Below are positions 8,632-18,523 of a stretch of DNA of 64,000 bases, piece by piece. This DNA is from an uncultured Bacteroidaceae bacterium. Its GTDB lineage: Bacteria > Bacteroidota > Bacteroidia > Bacteroidales > Bacteroidaceae. Positions within the stretch are counted from its first letter, which is position 1. Every line of letters begins with the position of its first letter. The notes below the pieces were generated by a model that saw nothing but the letters and a program-made list of their open reading frames with translations, was not told the origin of the DNA and made no database searches. The stretch lies in the NCBI GenBank assembly GCA_904502235.1, contig CAJGDP010000006.1, positions 2,955 to 66,954 on the forward strand. Reading direction: 5' to 3'. The translations under genes and the position numbers were made by a program.

Positions 8632-9885
8632 TTATTTTACTTTCATCTTCATGAACCATGCTTCGTTGAACGTGATACCGATGTTCAGTCGGAAGTAGTT
8701 CTCGGCAATGAGTCCTGCGCTCATGGGCGACATGTGTATGTACTGTCCCGAAACGTGCACCAGTGCGCTGTTGTATTTGTTGTTGCGGTTCATAATAGGC
8801 AACGAGAGTCCGGCACTTATTCCGTATTCGTTGCATCCGTTGTTGCCTTTTACCACGGTGTATGGCTGTGCAAAGTGAACACCTCCGCGATAGCTTATCA
8901 TCTTGTGGTATTTGTTCGAAGGCTTGTTCGGTGCGTACTCCATACCTATTGAAACCTTGTAACGGTCGATGCCCATGTCGTCGTCGCCGAAGAATGTGGA
9001 TGTTCCCCATTGCTGGAATGTGTAGTCGGCACCGAACTTCCATTGCTTGTCGTAGCAGTATGTGAAACCTCCACCGTATGTGTGGGGCAACTTGAAGCCG
9101 TTTGTTATTTTTGTGGTGTCGGTCTGTTCGCTTCCACGATACAGGATTGTCTTTGCGTCGGCGTGCATGCTGTGTCCCAGCGAGTATGTTGCACCAAGTA
9201 CAAAATCGTGTTTCTTTGCTATTGTGGCGTAATACTGCAGACCGAAATCAACCTTGTAGCTCTTCAGCTTTGCTGAATGGATTTTATAATTGTCATCTTC
9301 GCTGTTGGTGAGGTTGTCACTGATTTCGTGGGTTATATCACCGTAGATGTATGCGGCTGTCGCACCCAATGACAATCCTTTGAACGGCTGCCAACCAATT
9401 CCTATGTAAGGCTGGTACAATCCTCCCGTTCCGGCATATGTGTAGGTGTGCTCTTCTGTTGTTCCTTCGTTCGCTGTAGAACTGAATGTGTATCCTACGT
9501 TTGAGAATGGAAGAAAACCTATTGACATTCCCAATCCTTTGCACAGGCGGAACTGCATTGCAATGTAGTCGAAACTTGCATTGAGCGCGTTTGTGCCTTT
9601 GCCGTTCTCTTTGAAGTAGACATCCTGGAGTGTGAATCCTGCCTCGAAAAGCATTGTGAGGGTGTCGGCTTGTGAGAACGATGCCGGATTGATGATGTTT
9701 ATGTAACTGTCGCTTCTCAAACCATAGCCCAAGCCGCCCATCTGACGGTTGATGCCGAGACTCTGGTTTGTGAGTATACCCAAACCGTAGCGTGAATAGG
9801 GCGAGTTTGTGCCGTTGTCGGCTTTTGCTCCGACAAATGCGACGAGTATTGTCAAAATTGTAAATATCTGTTTAAAAGCCTTCAT
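8632..9885 (-). CDS. Outer-membrane beta-barrel, FadL/PorV-like (function unknown)
   Basis: I take the ATG at 9885, which gives signal peptide MKAFKQIFTILTILVAFVGAKA. The N-terminal SPYSRYGLG...QMGGLGYG...INIINPASF resembles a hatch-like GG/NPA motif. The body has alternating beta-strand character. Confidence 0.55.
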   Translation of the reverse strand: MKAFKQIFTILTILVAFVGAKADNGTNSPYSRYGLGILTNQSLGINRQMGGLGYGLRSDSYINIINPASFSQADTLTMLFEAGFTLQDVYFKENGKGTNALNASFDYIAMQFRLCKGLGMSIGFLPFSNVGYTFSSTANEGTTEEHTYTYAGTGGLYQPYIGIGWQPFKGLSLGATAAYIYGDITHEISDNLTNSEDDNYKIHSAKLKSYKVDFGLQYYATIAKKHDFVLGATYSLGHSMHADAKTILYRGSEQTDTTKITNGFKLPHTYGGGFTYCYDKQWKFGADYTFQQWGTSTFFGDDDMGIDRYKVSIGMEYAPNKPSNKYHKMISYRGGVHFAQPYTVVKGNNGCNEYGISAGLSLPIMNRNNKYNSALVHVSGQYIHMSPMSAGLIAENYFRLNIGITFNEAWFMKMKVK

Positions 9886-9913
9886 ATAAAGAGCTGTTGA
9901 ATTTCTTGTTTGG

Positions 9914-10711
9914 TTATAAAGTCTCAAGAATTCTGTTCAAGCCTTTGGCGACAAGATTCTTATCTGCAAAGATACAACTTTTTATGCGATTTTTAAGCGT
10001 TTTTTCGTCTCCACCCGTTAAAAAAACCAAAACATCGCCATATTTTTCCTTTATTTCGGTGATATAGCCGTCAATTTCGTGGCAAATGCCTGTTATTACA
10101 CCGCTTCGGATGGCAGTTTCGGTGTCGTAGCCAATGGACGGTGTATCTCCCTCTTTTTCAACGAGGGGCAGTCTGCCTGTGTATTCGTGCAATGCCTTAA
10201 GGCGCATCTTTACTCCGGGAGCGATGTTGCCGCCTTTGTATATACCCTGACGGGTTACGAAATCAATGGTTATTGCGCTGCCGGCATCTATTACAAGCAT
10301 GTTGTTGCCTGGCTTTTCGCTCCATGCTCCCACGGCTGCCGCTATGCGGTCGCTTCCCAATGTGTGTGGGGTGGCGTATTCTATCTTCAGCGGGGTGGGG
10401 GTTGTGTTGTTGAACCATATGACGGGGCATCCGACGGCTTGGAACTCGGCTTTCTGCTCCTCGGTGAGGTCTATGACGGTGGAGACAATTATTCGGCTGA
10501 TGCCGAACTGGTTGTTCCACTCCGAAACAACGTCGTACGATGCTCCGTTCCGTCGTGTATGCAGCACTATCTGTTCTCCGTTGAAAAGGTAGAACTTTGC
10601 GCTGTTGTTGCCTATGTCTGCTATAAGGTTCAAAATGCTGTATTTATTTCCGACTGCAAAGATACTGCTAAGCGGTAAAATATCAAAGTAAGCCTTGTAA
10701 ATATTGTTCAT
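9914..10711 (-). CDS. coaX: Type III pantothenate kinase
   Basis: Motifs DIGNNSAKF, VIDAGSAITIDF and GGNIAPGVKMRLKALHEYTGRLP; 265 aa. Confidence 0.85.
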   Translation of the reverse strand: MNNIYKAYFDILPLSSIFAVGNKYSILNLIADIGNNSAKFYLFNGEQIVLHTRRNGASYDVVSEWNNQFGISRIIVSTVIDLTEEQKAEFQAVGCPVIWFNNTTPTPLKIEYATPHTLGSDRIAAAVGAWSEKPGNNMLVIDAGSAITIDFVTRQGIYKGGNIAPGVKMRLKALHEYTGRLPLVEKEGDTPSIGYDTETAIRSGVITGICHEIDGYITEIKEKYGDVLVFLTGGDEKTLKNRIKSCIFADKNLVAKGLNRILETL

Positions 10712-10800
10712 TTACGGAATCTTTGGGGTAAAGCTCAAGGTTTACCGCACTCGCTTTGAAAAATATTGAAGTAAACTTCATATTTCTCGCTCGTTAGCAG

Positions 10801-10808
10801 TATCTTTG
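10801..10808 (+). promoter_or_regulatory. -7 promoter box (TAnnTTTG)
   Basis: tatctttg matches the consensus exactly, 18 nt upstream of the ATG at 10826. Confidence 0.55.
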
Positions 10809-10825
10809 CAAAAGAATTGGTAAGT

Positions 10826-11995
10826 ATGAAAAGAGTAAATATAATTGTTTTAGGTCTGCTGTTCTCTTTGTCTATGATGGCAGGCACTCCAAAGTTCAGT
10901 GTCCTGACCTGTTATCCCGGCGATGAGGCTTATTCGCTCTACGGGCATACGGGGTTGAGATATTGTGATGAGGAGAAGGGGCTTGATATTGTATTCAACT
11001 ACGGATATTTCGATTTTGACGCGCCTCATTTCATCTGGCGTTTTGTCCGTGGTGAAACGGATTATATGGTCGGCGCTGTGTCGTATGATGTGTTCTGCAG
11101 AGAGTACATGAATCGTGGTTCGCTTATTGTGGGTGATGTGCTTGAACTGACTCCTGAACAGGAAAATGAACTTTTTGAATTGCTCAGGGAGAACTGCCGT
11201 CCCGAGAACAGGGTGTACCGATACAACTATTTCTATAACAATTGCACCACTAAGATTCGCGATTTGGTGGAACGTGTTACAGGAGGTGTGGAGTATGATG
11301 CCGCTCCCGGCTATGCCACTTTCCGCGATGCCTTGAATGCTCTGCTCGAAAATCATCCTTGGTATGCTTTCGGAATCAATCTGATGCTCGGTGCCGATAT
11401 CGACCGCCCTGCGTCTGTCCGTGATTTGCAGTTCGTCCCTATGAATTACATGGAGAATTTGAGCAAGGCTTATGTTACCGGTGAAAATGGTGAAAGAGAC
11501 CGGTTGTCGACCGTCCGCAATATGACAATCCCCGAAACAGAAGACTCACCTGCGGTTCACAGCAATTTTACGCCGTTCAATGTGGCTCTGTTGCTGTTGC
11601 TTGCCACTTTTGTGGTGATGCTTTGCGAGGTACGCAAGAAAAAGAGTTTTTGGGCTTTTGATGTGTTGATTATGTCAATGCAGGGATTGGCCGGTTGTGT
11701 GTTGCTCTTTATGGCTCTGTTCTCACAGCACCCGGCGGTGGGCAACAACTGGTTGCTCATTCTGCTGAATCCTTTGGCTTTGGTGCTTATGCCTGTGTAT
11801 GTATGTCGCATGAGAAAACGCAGATCCATGTCTGTCGCTTGGGTGCAGGTGGCTATGGTGGTGGCCTTCTTGGTGTCGGCTGCATGTGGGGTGCAGGTGT
11901 ATCCGTTGCCTGTTTATTTCTGCGCTGTTGCTTTGATGGTGCGTTCGTTGTTCTTGATTTATAAGGAAAATATATGCGAATTAAGTCGTTTTTGA
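10826..11995 (+). CDS. DUF4105 (Lnb N-terminal-like) domain membrane protein
   Basis: Starts at the ATG at 10826 (MKRVNIIVLGLLFSLSMMAG). SLYGHTGLRY...VFNYGYFDF resembles DUF4105. There are several C-terminal TM helices. Confidence 0.65.
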   Translation: MKRVNIIVLGLLFSLSMMAGTPKFSVLTCYPGDEAYSLYGHTGLRYCDEEKGLDIVFNYGYFDFDAPHFIWRFVRGETDYMVGAVSYDVFCREYMNRGSLIVGDVLELTPEQENELFELLRENCRPENRVYRYNYFYNNCTTKIRDLVERVTGGVEYDAAPGYATFRDALNALLENHPWYAFGINLMLGADIDRPASVRDLQFVPMNYMENLSKAYVTGENGERDRLSTVRNMTIPETEDSPAVHSNFTPFNVALLLLLATFVVMLCEVRKKKSFWAFDVLIMSMQGLAGCVLLFMALFSQHPAVGNNWLLILLNPLALVLMPVYVCRMRKRRSMSVAWVQVAMVVAFLVSAACGVQVYPLPVYFCAVALMVRSLFLIYKENICELSRF

Positions 11996-13515
11996 TAGCT
12001 TTGCTGTGTCTGCCGGCTTTGGTATGGGCGCAGGAAAGGATAAACTCTCCCAAACTATATCTGAATATTGTCGTCGACCAGTTGCGTACCGACTTTCTGT
12101 ATGAGTTCTCGGGCTTGTATGGCGAGGGCGGTTTCAAGCGTCTGCTTGCCGAGGGACGTGTGTATCCCAATTCTTACTATGCTTTTGAGAATGTGGACAG
12201 GGCTTCGGCTGTGGCTACGTTGGCTACAGGTACGAATCCTTATGTGAACGGTATTGTGGGTGAGCGTTGGTTCGACCGCAGTACTCTGCGTGCGGTAAGC
12301 AGTGTGGAGGATAAAAAATACAAGGGATTGTATTCTATTTCGCCATACGCCCCCACAAGGCTGAAGGCTATAACCATAACCGATGAGATGAAGCGTGCTT
12401 CGCGCGGCAAGGCTTTTGTATGTTCCATTGCTCCCGATGAGGATGCGGCTGTGATAGCCGGCGGTCATGCAGCCGATGTCGCCCTGTGGAAGAACAATTC
12501 GGCAGGTTTCTGGAGCAGTTCGAGCTATTATGGTGTGTTCCCCGAATGGGCCGCTGCAATGAACAAGGTGGTGCAGGGACGTTCGGCAAAGTGGAAACCG
12601 TTGTACGACGTGGAGAGATACAATAATTTCGGCGATGATGCTCCAAAGGCTTTCGGTTATGCTTTCGATGGCAAGAACAAGGTAAAGCAGTACAAGACCA
12701 CTGCCTGTATAAACGATGAGGTTGCCGAGATGGCCATGGCTTTCCTTAAAGAAGGCGTTGTGGGCGGTGATGATATTGCCGACTGTCTGTCGCTTACATT
12801 CTATGCGGGAAATATCGATGGTAATCCTATGGAACACCGTCCTATGGAGGTGCAGGATATATATGCACGTCTCGACGGTACTCTGTCGGCTCTCTTTGCA
12901 CAGGTGGACAGCATTGTGGGTATGGAGAATGTTGTGGTGTCGCTCTCGTCAACTGGATATGTTATGGTGAGCAGCGACGACGGTGCGGAATATCGTCTGC
13001 CTTCGGGTACAATATTCATGGAGAGGGTGCAGGCACTGCTGAACGTATATCTTGGTGCCATATTCGGCAAGGGGGAGTATATAGAAGGCGTATTCGGCTC
13101 GCAGCTATACTTTGACAATGCTCTTATCGAAAACATGAAAATCGACAAGATTGACCTTGTGTCGCGTTCAATAGAGTTCCTCAAGTCGCTCGATGGTGTG
13201 GAGGATGTATTCAGTATATACCATCTTGGCGGTACGCTGAGCCCGGAACTCCAATATGTGAAGAACGGATATAACCAGGCATGCTCGGGTGATGTGTGGC
13301 TACGTCTGATGCCGGGCTGGAAGGTTGCAGGCAGTTCACTGACGCTAACAAACGAGGTGTATCGTACTCCGGTAATGTTCCCGATAATCATTCATGGAGC
13401 AGGAATAGAACATGATGTGGTGGAGGGGATGACTCCTGCCAATATTCTTGCGGCAGAGATGGCGCGTCTGTTGCACATCCGCCGTCCTAACGATAATTGC
13501 CTCAGGATTTTTTAA
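11974..13515 (+). CDS. Alkaline phosphatase / nucleotide pyrophosphatase superfamily protein
   Basis: Signal peptide, then LNIVVDQLRTDFL, the metal-site motif typical of type I phosphodiesterase/AP-family enzymes. It overlaps the DUF4105 gene by 22 nt. Confidence 0.65.
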   Translation: MRIKSFLIALLCLPALVWAQERINSPKLYLNIVVDQLRTDFLYEFSGLYGEGGFKRLLAEGRVYPNSYYAFENVDRASAVATLATGTNPYVNGIVGERWFDRSTLRAVSSVEDKKYKGLYSISPYAPTRLKAITITDEMKRASRGKAFVCSIAPDEDAAVIAGGHAADVALWKNNSAGFWSSSSYYGVFPEWAAAMNKVVQGRSAKWKPLYDVERYNNFGDDAPKAFGYAFDGKNKVKQYKTTACINDEVAEMAMAFLKEGVVGGDDIADCLSLTFYAGNIDGNPMEHRPMEVQDIYARLDGTLSALFAQVDSIVGMENVVVSLSSTGYVMVSSDDGAEYRLPSGTIFMERVQALLNVYLGAIFGKGEYIEGVFGSQLYFDNALIENMKIDKIDLVSRSIEFLKSLDGVEDVFSIYHLGGTLSPELQYVKNGYNQACSGDVWLRLMPGWKVAGSSLTLTNEVYRTPVMFPIIIHGAGIEHDVVEGMTPANILAAEMARLLHIRRPNDNCLRIF

Positions 13516-13538
13516 ACTTCTAATGCAAAATATTCAAA

Positions 13539-13574
13539 TCGCCGCTCTTCCTAAAGAAGGGTGGTGAGTTTTTA
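13539..13574 (+). terminator. Putative terminator
   Basis: tcgccgctcttc (13539-13550) pairs with gaagggtggtga (13556-13567) using three G.U pairs, followed by gttttta. Confidence 0.4.
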
Positions 13575-13605
13575 TTAATTTTTAAAATTCAAAACATATA
13601 GAGAA

Positions 13606-14958
13606 ATGAGAGAGAATCTTACTGATTTTATACAATGGTTCTGCGATTTGCTTTGGGGGTGGCCTATGGTCATAGCCCTGCTTGGTACTCACCTTTTTCT
13701 TACAATCCGTCTGAAATTTCCGCAAAGGAAACTTCTTAAGGCTATCCGCCTGTCGGTTACTCCCGACAAGAGTGCAAAGGGTGATGTGAGCCAGTTCGGT
13801 GCTTTGGCAACTGCGCTTGCCGCTACTATCGGTACAGGAAATATCATTGGTGTGGGTACTGCCATAACTTTGGGTGGTCCGGGTGCTGTGTTCTGGTGCT
13901 GGCTTACAGGTGTGCTTGGTGTAGCAACAAAGTATGCCGAGGCGCTGCTTGCCGTAAAATATCGCCAGCGTACGTCCGAAGGAAAAATGCTCGGTGGTCC
14001 TATGTATGCTCTGGAGAAGGGAATGGGAATGAAATGGCTTGCCGTTCTGTTCTGTATCTTCACGGTGGTTGCCTCCTTTGGTATAGGCAACATGGTACAG
14101 AGTAATGCTATTTCGTTGTTGTGTTACGAATCGTATGGTATTCCACATATGTGGTCGGGAATGGCTATTGCCTTGTGTGCCGCATTGGTGGTGCTCTTTG
14201 GCGTAAAGGGTATTGCCAGAGTGTGTACCACATTCGTGCCCTTGATGGCAATACTCTACATCCTGGGCTGTGTATATATCCTTTTTGTTAACGGGACTTT
14301 TGTGTGGGAGGCTTTGAAACTGATTCTTGAATCGGCTTTTGACCCGAAGGCTGCCGGTGGTGGTTTTGTGGGCGGTACAATAATTATGACTGCGCGTTAT
14401 GGTATTGCGCGCGGACTCTTCAGTAATGAGAGCGGTATGGGTTCGGCTCCGATAGTTGCCGCGGCTGCGCAGACACGCAATCCGGTGCGTCAGGCACTGG
14501 TGTCGTCAACCGGTACATTCTGGGATACTGTAGTCATCTGCGCTCTCACCGGTCTGGTGCTCGTGTCGAGTATTCTTGCATATCCCGATATAACATATAG
14601 CGACGGTGCTATACTCAGCAAGGAGGCTTTTGACAAGATTCCTTATATAGGTGCTCCTTTGCTTACCTTCGGTATCATTACTTTTGCTTTCTCTACAATA
14701 CTCGGCTGGTGCTATTATGGCGAGAGAGCCATGGAGTATCTAAAAGGTAAAAAATGGATGCTCGTTTACAGGGGTATATTCATTGTGGCTGTGTTCGTGG
14801 GTGCTGTTGTGAATCTGGCTGTTGTGTGGAACCTTGCCGATATAGCGAATGCGCTGATGGCAATCCCCAATATTATATCGCTGATATTCCTCTCGGGAAT
14901 AATTGCACGGGAAACAAAGAAATATCTTTGGGAAGACAGATTGGACGATGTGGAATAA
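13606..14958 (+). CDS. Alanine/glycine:cation symporter (AGCS family)
   Basis: GWPMVIALLGTHLFLT..., ATIGTGNIIGVGTAITLGGPGAVFWCW and SNESGMGSAPIVAAAAQT are characteristic of sodium:alanine symporters. Confidence 0.9.
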   Translation: MRENLTDFIQWFCDLLWGWPMVIALLGTHLFLTIRLKFPQRKLLKAIRLSVTPDKSAKGDVSQFGALATALAATIGTGNIIGVGTAITLGGPGAVFWCWLTGVLGVATKYAEALLAVKYRQRTSEGKMLGGPMYALEKGMGMKWLAVLFCIFTVVASFGIGNMVQSNAISLLCYESYGIPHMWSGMAIALCAALVVLFGVKGIARVCTTFVPLMAILYILGCVYILFVNGTFVWEALKLILESAFDPKAAGGGFVGGTIIMTARYGIARGLFSNESGMGSAPIVAAAAQTRNPVRQALVSSTGTFWDTVVICALTGLVLVSSILAYPDITYSDGAILSKEAFDKIPYIGAPLLTFGIITFAFSTILGWCYYGERAMEYLKGKKWMLVYRGIFIVAVFVGAVVNLAVVWNLADIANALMAIPNIISLIFLSGIIARETKKYLWEDRLDDVE

Positions 14959-14998
14959 AAAAACTCGCAAGGTTTCAAATACCTTGCGAGTTTTTTTT
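14957..14998. terminator. Bidirectional terminator between convergent genes
   Basis: A7, then ctcgcaagg (14964-14972) pairing with ccttgcgag (14982-14990), then T8. Confidence 0.75.
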
Positions 14999-15011
14999 GT
15001 GTCTATGCAAA

Positions 15012-15305
15012 TCAATAATATTTTTCGATATCCCAAACGAAGGCTCTGAGTCCCAACATCTGGGCATTCTCATCAATCTTTTTCAATGCTGCCAGCAAGG
15101 AATCAACGATTTTGTCGTCGACCATTGTGATTATGCCTGAATTCATTGATGCCCATGCGTGTGTTCCGTAGTGAGGTTCACCGGTGTTGCTGCCACGTCC
15201 TTGCATCTGTTCTATGAATGAGAAACCACGGCAATTCAAACGGTCGAGTGCTGAAAGCACCGACTCTTTGTGTGCTTGGTCAAAAGCTATAAATACTCCT
15301 TTCAT
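15012..15305 (-). CDS. P-II-like small protein, PG0541-type transporter-associated
   Basis: 97 aa, last gene of the RND operon. Its size and position match the PG0541-type protein that follows the RND pump in Porphyromonas. This family assignment is from memory. Confidence 0.55.
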   Translation of the reverse strand: MKGVFIAFDQAHKESVLSALDRLNCRGFSFIEQMQGRGSNTGEPHYGTHAWASMNSGIITMVDDKIVDSLLAALKKIDENAQMLGLRAFVWDIEKYY

Positions 15306-15327
15306 AATATATATGCGTTCTTTGTTT

Positions 15328-18300
15328 TTACTTCTTTGCGTTGATTAGCATCTCTTCGTTCTTGTGCTCGTTCCAGTAAGCCTCAAGCTCGCGCTGCTTC
15401 CTGAGCTGCTTGCGACGGCGCTTGATACCGTTCTTACCGAATATGCAGTACATAACCGGGGTATATGTAAGTGTCATCACGGTAGATACTGTCAGACCAC
15501 CGATAACTGCAATACCCAATGGACGCCACATCTCGGCACCGACACCCTGGCTCACTGCCAATGGTACCATACCAAGGATTGTGGTAAGGGTTGTCATAAG
15601 GATAGGACGCAGACGGCTACGTGCTGCACGTACTGTGGCTGGGATGATACCCAATCCGCGGTCGCGGAGCAACATGGTGTAGTCGATGAGCACGATACCG
15701 TTCTTAACCACAATACCGATAAGCATGATTGCACCAAGTATTGACATGATGTTCATTGTTGTACCGGTGATGTAGAGTGCCAACAACACACCGCTGAGAG
15801 CAAACGGTACAGAGAACATGATGATGAACGGATAGGTGAGCGACTCGAACTGTGCTGCCATCACGATGAATACAAGTACGATAATCAGTATTGCCAATAC
15901 ACCCATGTCGGCATTCGATTCCATCTGGTCTTCGTATGAACCGGCAATCTGTATAGAATAGCCTGCAGGTATCTCCATCTGGTCGATTTCTTTAAGTGCA
16001 AAGGCTACACCGTCGCTGAGTGCGGCACCTGCTGCCATAACGGCGTCAACGGTAACGATACGTGAACGGTCCTTGCGCTCGATTGTAGGAGGAGTCTCGC
16101 GCTGTACAACGCGTCCAACCTCTTTGAGACGTACAGGAGCACCGGTGCTTGAATAGAGTACAATGTTCTCTATGTCGGCGATGCTTGTACGGTAGTCGGG
16201 CTCATAACGTACCTTTACGTCGTACTCGTCACCATCCTCACGGAAGTATGTTGCCAAAGCACCATTGTATCTGTTGCGCATGAATGTGGCCGCTGTGCTC
16301 AGGTTCAGACCGTGCATAGCCAACTTCTCGCGGTCGAATTCAACCTGATATTCAGGCTGGTAGTCGCTACGGCTGATATTTATCTGTGAGATAAGCTCTG
16401 TGTTGTTGCTGAGTCTTCCCTTAAGTTCCTGTGCAAGTTTGTCGGTGATGCTGAAGTCGTGTCCGTAGATTTCGAACGAAGCCTTGCTCTCGCCACCCAA
16501 ACCACCGTTTCCGCCAAGGGTTACTCGGCTACGTGCAATTTCGGGCAACTCTCTTATGTCGGCACGCATTTCGTCGCAGATTACGTTCAGTTTCTTCTCA
16601 CGGTCTGTACTTGGAACAAAGCGTATGTTGAAGCTGATAATGTGTGAACCGTTGTCGCTCATCGATGCAAAAACGTTTTCGTCATCGGCCTGACCTACGC
16701 GGAAGTTGCAGACAACCAATTCTTCCTTATAGCGTTCAGTCCATTTCTCGGTCAGTTTCATAGCAACCTCTTCTGCTTTTTCCACGCGTGTGCCAATAGG
16801 CAATTCAAGTGTGGCTGTGGCTGAACCGCTGTCCTGTGAAGGGAAGAATTCGCTCTTTATTCTGGGGAATGTAAGCAAACTTGCAAAGAAGATACCAAAA
16901 CAGATAGCCAACACTGTCCAACGATGACGTACTGCCCAGTTGATGCGCTTTGCATACCAGTTGTCGAGTTTGTCAAGTCCCTTGCCTATCGGGGTGTAGA
17001 ACAGCTTGAAGAACTTGCTCTGTTTCTTCTGTAGTTTCAGCATGCGTGAACACATCATAGGGATAAGTGTCAATGCCGCAGTTGTTGATACAACCATGAT
17101 GATACACATCATCCAACCCAACTGCTTGAACAATACACCTGCCATACCGTTAATCATTGTAAGTGGGAAGAATACGGCAAGCATTGTGAGTGTAGATGCA
17201 ATTACTGATACGGCAACCTCGTTGGTACCATGTACTGCAGCACTCTTGGGGTTAGAACCACGTTCAATGTGTGTGGTTACGTTCTCAAGTACCACAATGG
17301 CGTCGTCCACAACGTTACCGATTGCAATACTCAAGCACGACAATGAAATAACGTTGATTGAACCGTCTGAAATAAGCAGATATATGAACGATGCAATAAG
17401 TGAGAACGGAATGGTGATACCGATAATCACTGTTGCTCTCCAACGTCCAAGGAAGATGAATACAATGAGCATCACGAACAGAAGTGCGTAACCTATGGTC
17501 TCACCCAAGGCACTGATAGTCTGTTTGATGTTGTCGGATGTATCGCTGATCAAGCCAATCTCGATGTCCGAAGGAAGGCGTTTCTGCAGCTCTGGCAATT
17601 TCTCGCGCACTGCGTTGGCGATGTTCACCGAGTTACCGCCTGACTGCTTCTGGATAATGATCATAGCACCCTGCTGTCCGTCGGTATATGCCTTCTGGGC
17701 ACGCTCCTCGGTTCCGTCGACAATGCGTGCAACATCCTTAAGGTAGATATTTGCACCATTGTATGAACCTACAACAATGTTCTGCATCTCCTGTGGTGAA
17801 GTGAACTCACCCTCTACACGCAAAGGATATGTGTTGTTACCGATGTCAAAGTTACCACCGGGTACGTTGCGGTTCTCTGCTCCAATCTTTGAACTTACTG
17901 TTTCGATGGTTATGTTGTATGCCTCCATCTTGTCAGGGTTCATATATACGTTGATTTCGCGTTTTGGAGCACCGGCGATTGATACTGTACCTACACCGTC
18001 GATACGTGCAAGCGGATTGGCAATGTTCTCGTCGAGAATCTTATAAAGAGCCGGCAGACTCTCCTTTGCCTTTACCGAGAGCATCATGATAGGCATCATA
18101 TCAGACGAGAACTTGAATATGATGGGGTTACCAGCATCATCGGGTAGTGCAGATGTTACCATATTCAGTTTGTCGCGTACGTCGTTTGTAAGGTCGTCGA
18201 TATCGTAACCATATTCAAACTGAAGTGTTATCAATGATATGTTCTCGCGCGACTTTGATGTAATGTGCTTGAGGTGTTCCACTGAGTTCAGGGTGTTTTC

Positions 18301-18501
18301 AAGCGGACGTGACACGTTGTTCTCAATATCGGAAGAACTTGCGCCGGCATAGCTGGTGATTACCATTATGGTGTTTGTCTCAATGTCCGGCATAAGGTCT
18401 ATTGGCAGCTTCGTATAAGAGAAGATACCGAATATTACAACCGCGATAAAACATAAGGCGGTCATAATAGGCCTTTTTACAGCACTTTCATATACACTCA
18501 T
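15328..18501 (-). CDS. RND efflux pump inner-membrane permease (AcrB/HAE1-like)
   Basis: 1057 aa with a 12-TM architecture. The N-terminus MSVYESAVKRPIMTALCFIAVVIFG...LPIDLMPD is typical of this family. Confidence 0.95.
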   Translation of the reverse strand: MSVYESAVKRPIMTALCFIAVVIFGIFSYTKLPIDLMPDIETNTIMVITSYAGASSSDIENNVSRPLENTLNSVEHLKHITSKSRENISLITLQFEYGYDIDDLTNDVRDKLNMVTSALPDDAGNPIIFKFSSDMMPIMMLSVKAKESLPALYKILDENIANPLARIDGVGTVSIAGAPKREINVYMNPDKMEAYNITIETVSSKIGAENRNVPGGNFDIGNNTYPLRVEGEFTSPQEMQNIVVGSYNGANIYLKDVARIVDGTEERAQKAYTDGQQGAMIIIQKQSGGNSVNIANAVREKLPELQKRLPSDIEIGLISDTSDNIKQTISALGETIGYALLFVMLIVFIFLGRWRATVIIGITIPFSLIASFIYLLISDGSINVISLSCLSIAIGNVVDDAIVVLENVTTHIERGSNPKSAAVHGTNEVAVSVIASTLTMLAVFFPLTMINGMAGVLFKQLGWMMCIIMVVSTTAALTLIPMMCSRMLKLQKKQSKFFKLFYTPIGKGLDKLDNWYAKRINWAVRHRWTVLAICFGIFFASLLTFPRIKSEFFPSQDSGSATATLELPIGTRVEKAEEVAMKLTEKWTERYKEELVVCNFRVGQADDENVFASMSDNGSHIISFNIRFVPSTDREKKLNVICDEMRADIRELPEIARSRVTLGGNGGLGGESKASFEIYGHDFSITDKLAQELKGRLSNNTELISQINISRSDYQPEYQVEFDREKLAMHGLNLSTAATFMRNRYNGALATYFREDGDEYDVKVRYEPDYRTSIADIENIVLYSSTGAPVRLKEVGRVVQRETPPTIERKDRSRIVTVDAVMAAGAALSDGVAFALKEIDQMEIPAGYSIQIAGSYEDQMESNADMGVLAILIIVLVFIVMAAQFESLTYPFIIMFSVPFALSGVLLALYITGTTMNIMSILGAIMLIGIVVKNGIVLIDYTMLLRDRGLGIIPATVRAARSRLRPILMTTLTTILGMVPLAVSQGVGAEMWRPLGIAVIGGLTVSTVMTLTYTPVMYCIFGKNGIKRRRKQLRKQRELEAYWNEHKNEEMLINAKK

Positions 18502-18523
18502 ATTATTCTTTTTTTAGTGTTTC

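Noticed and set aside
8446-9043. ORFs of 168 aa (plus strand) and 145 aa (minus strand, other frame) overlapping the TPR/barrel gene junction
   Set aside because: They overlap well-supported genes in alternative frames and have His/Arg/Cys-rich composition with no start-site context.
12055-13391. Minus-strand ORFs of 260 aa and 196 aa inside the alkaline-phosphatase-family gene
   Set aside because: They are antisense shadow ORFs. The sense frame has a signal peptide and the DQLRxD metal-site motif.
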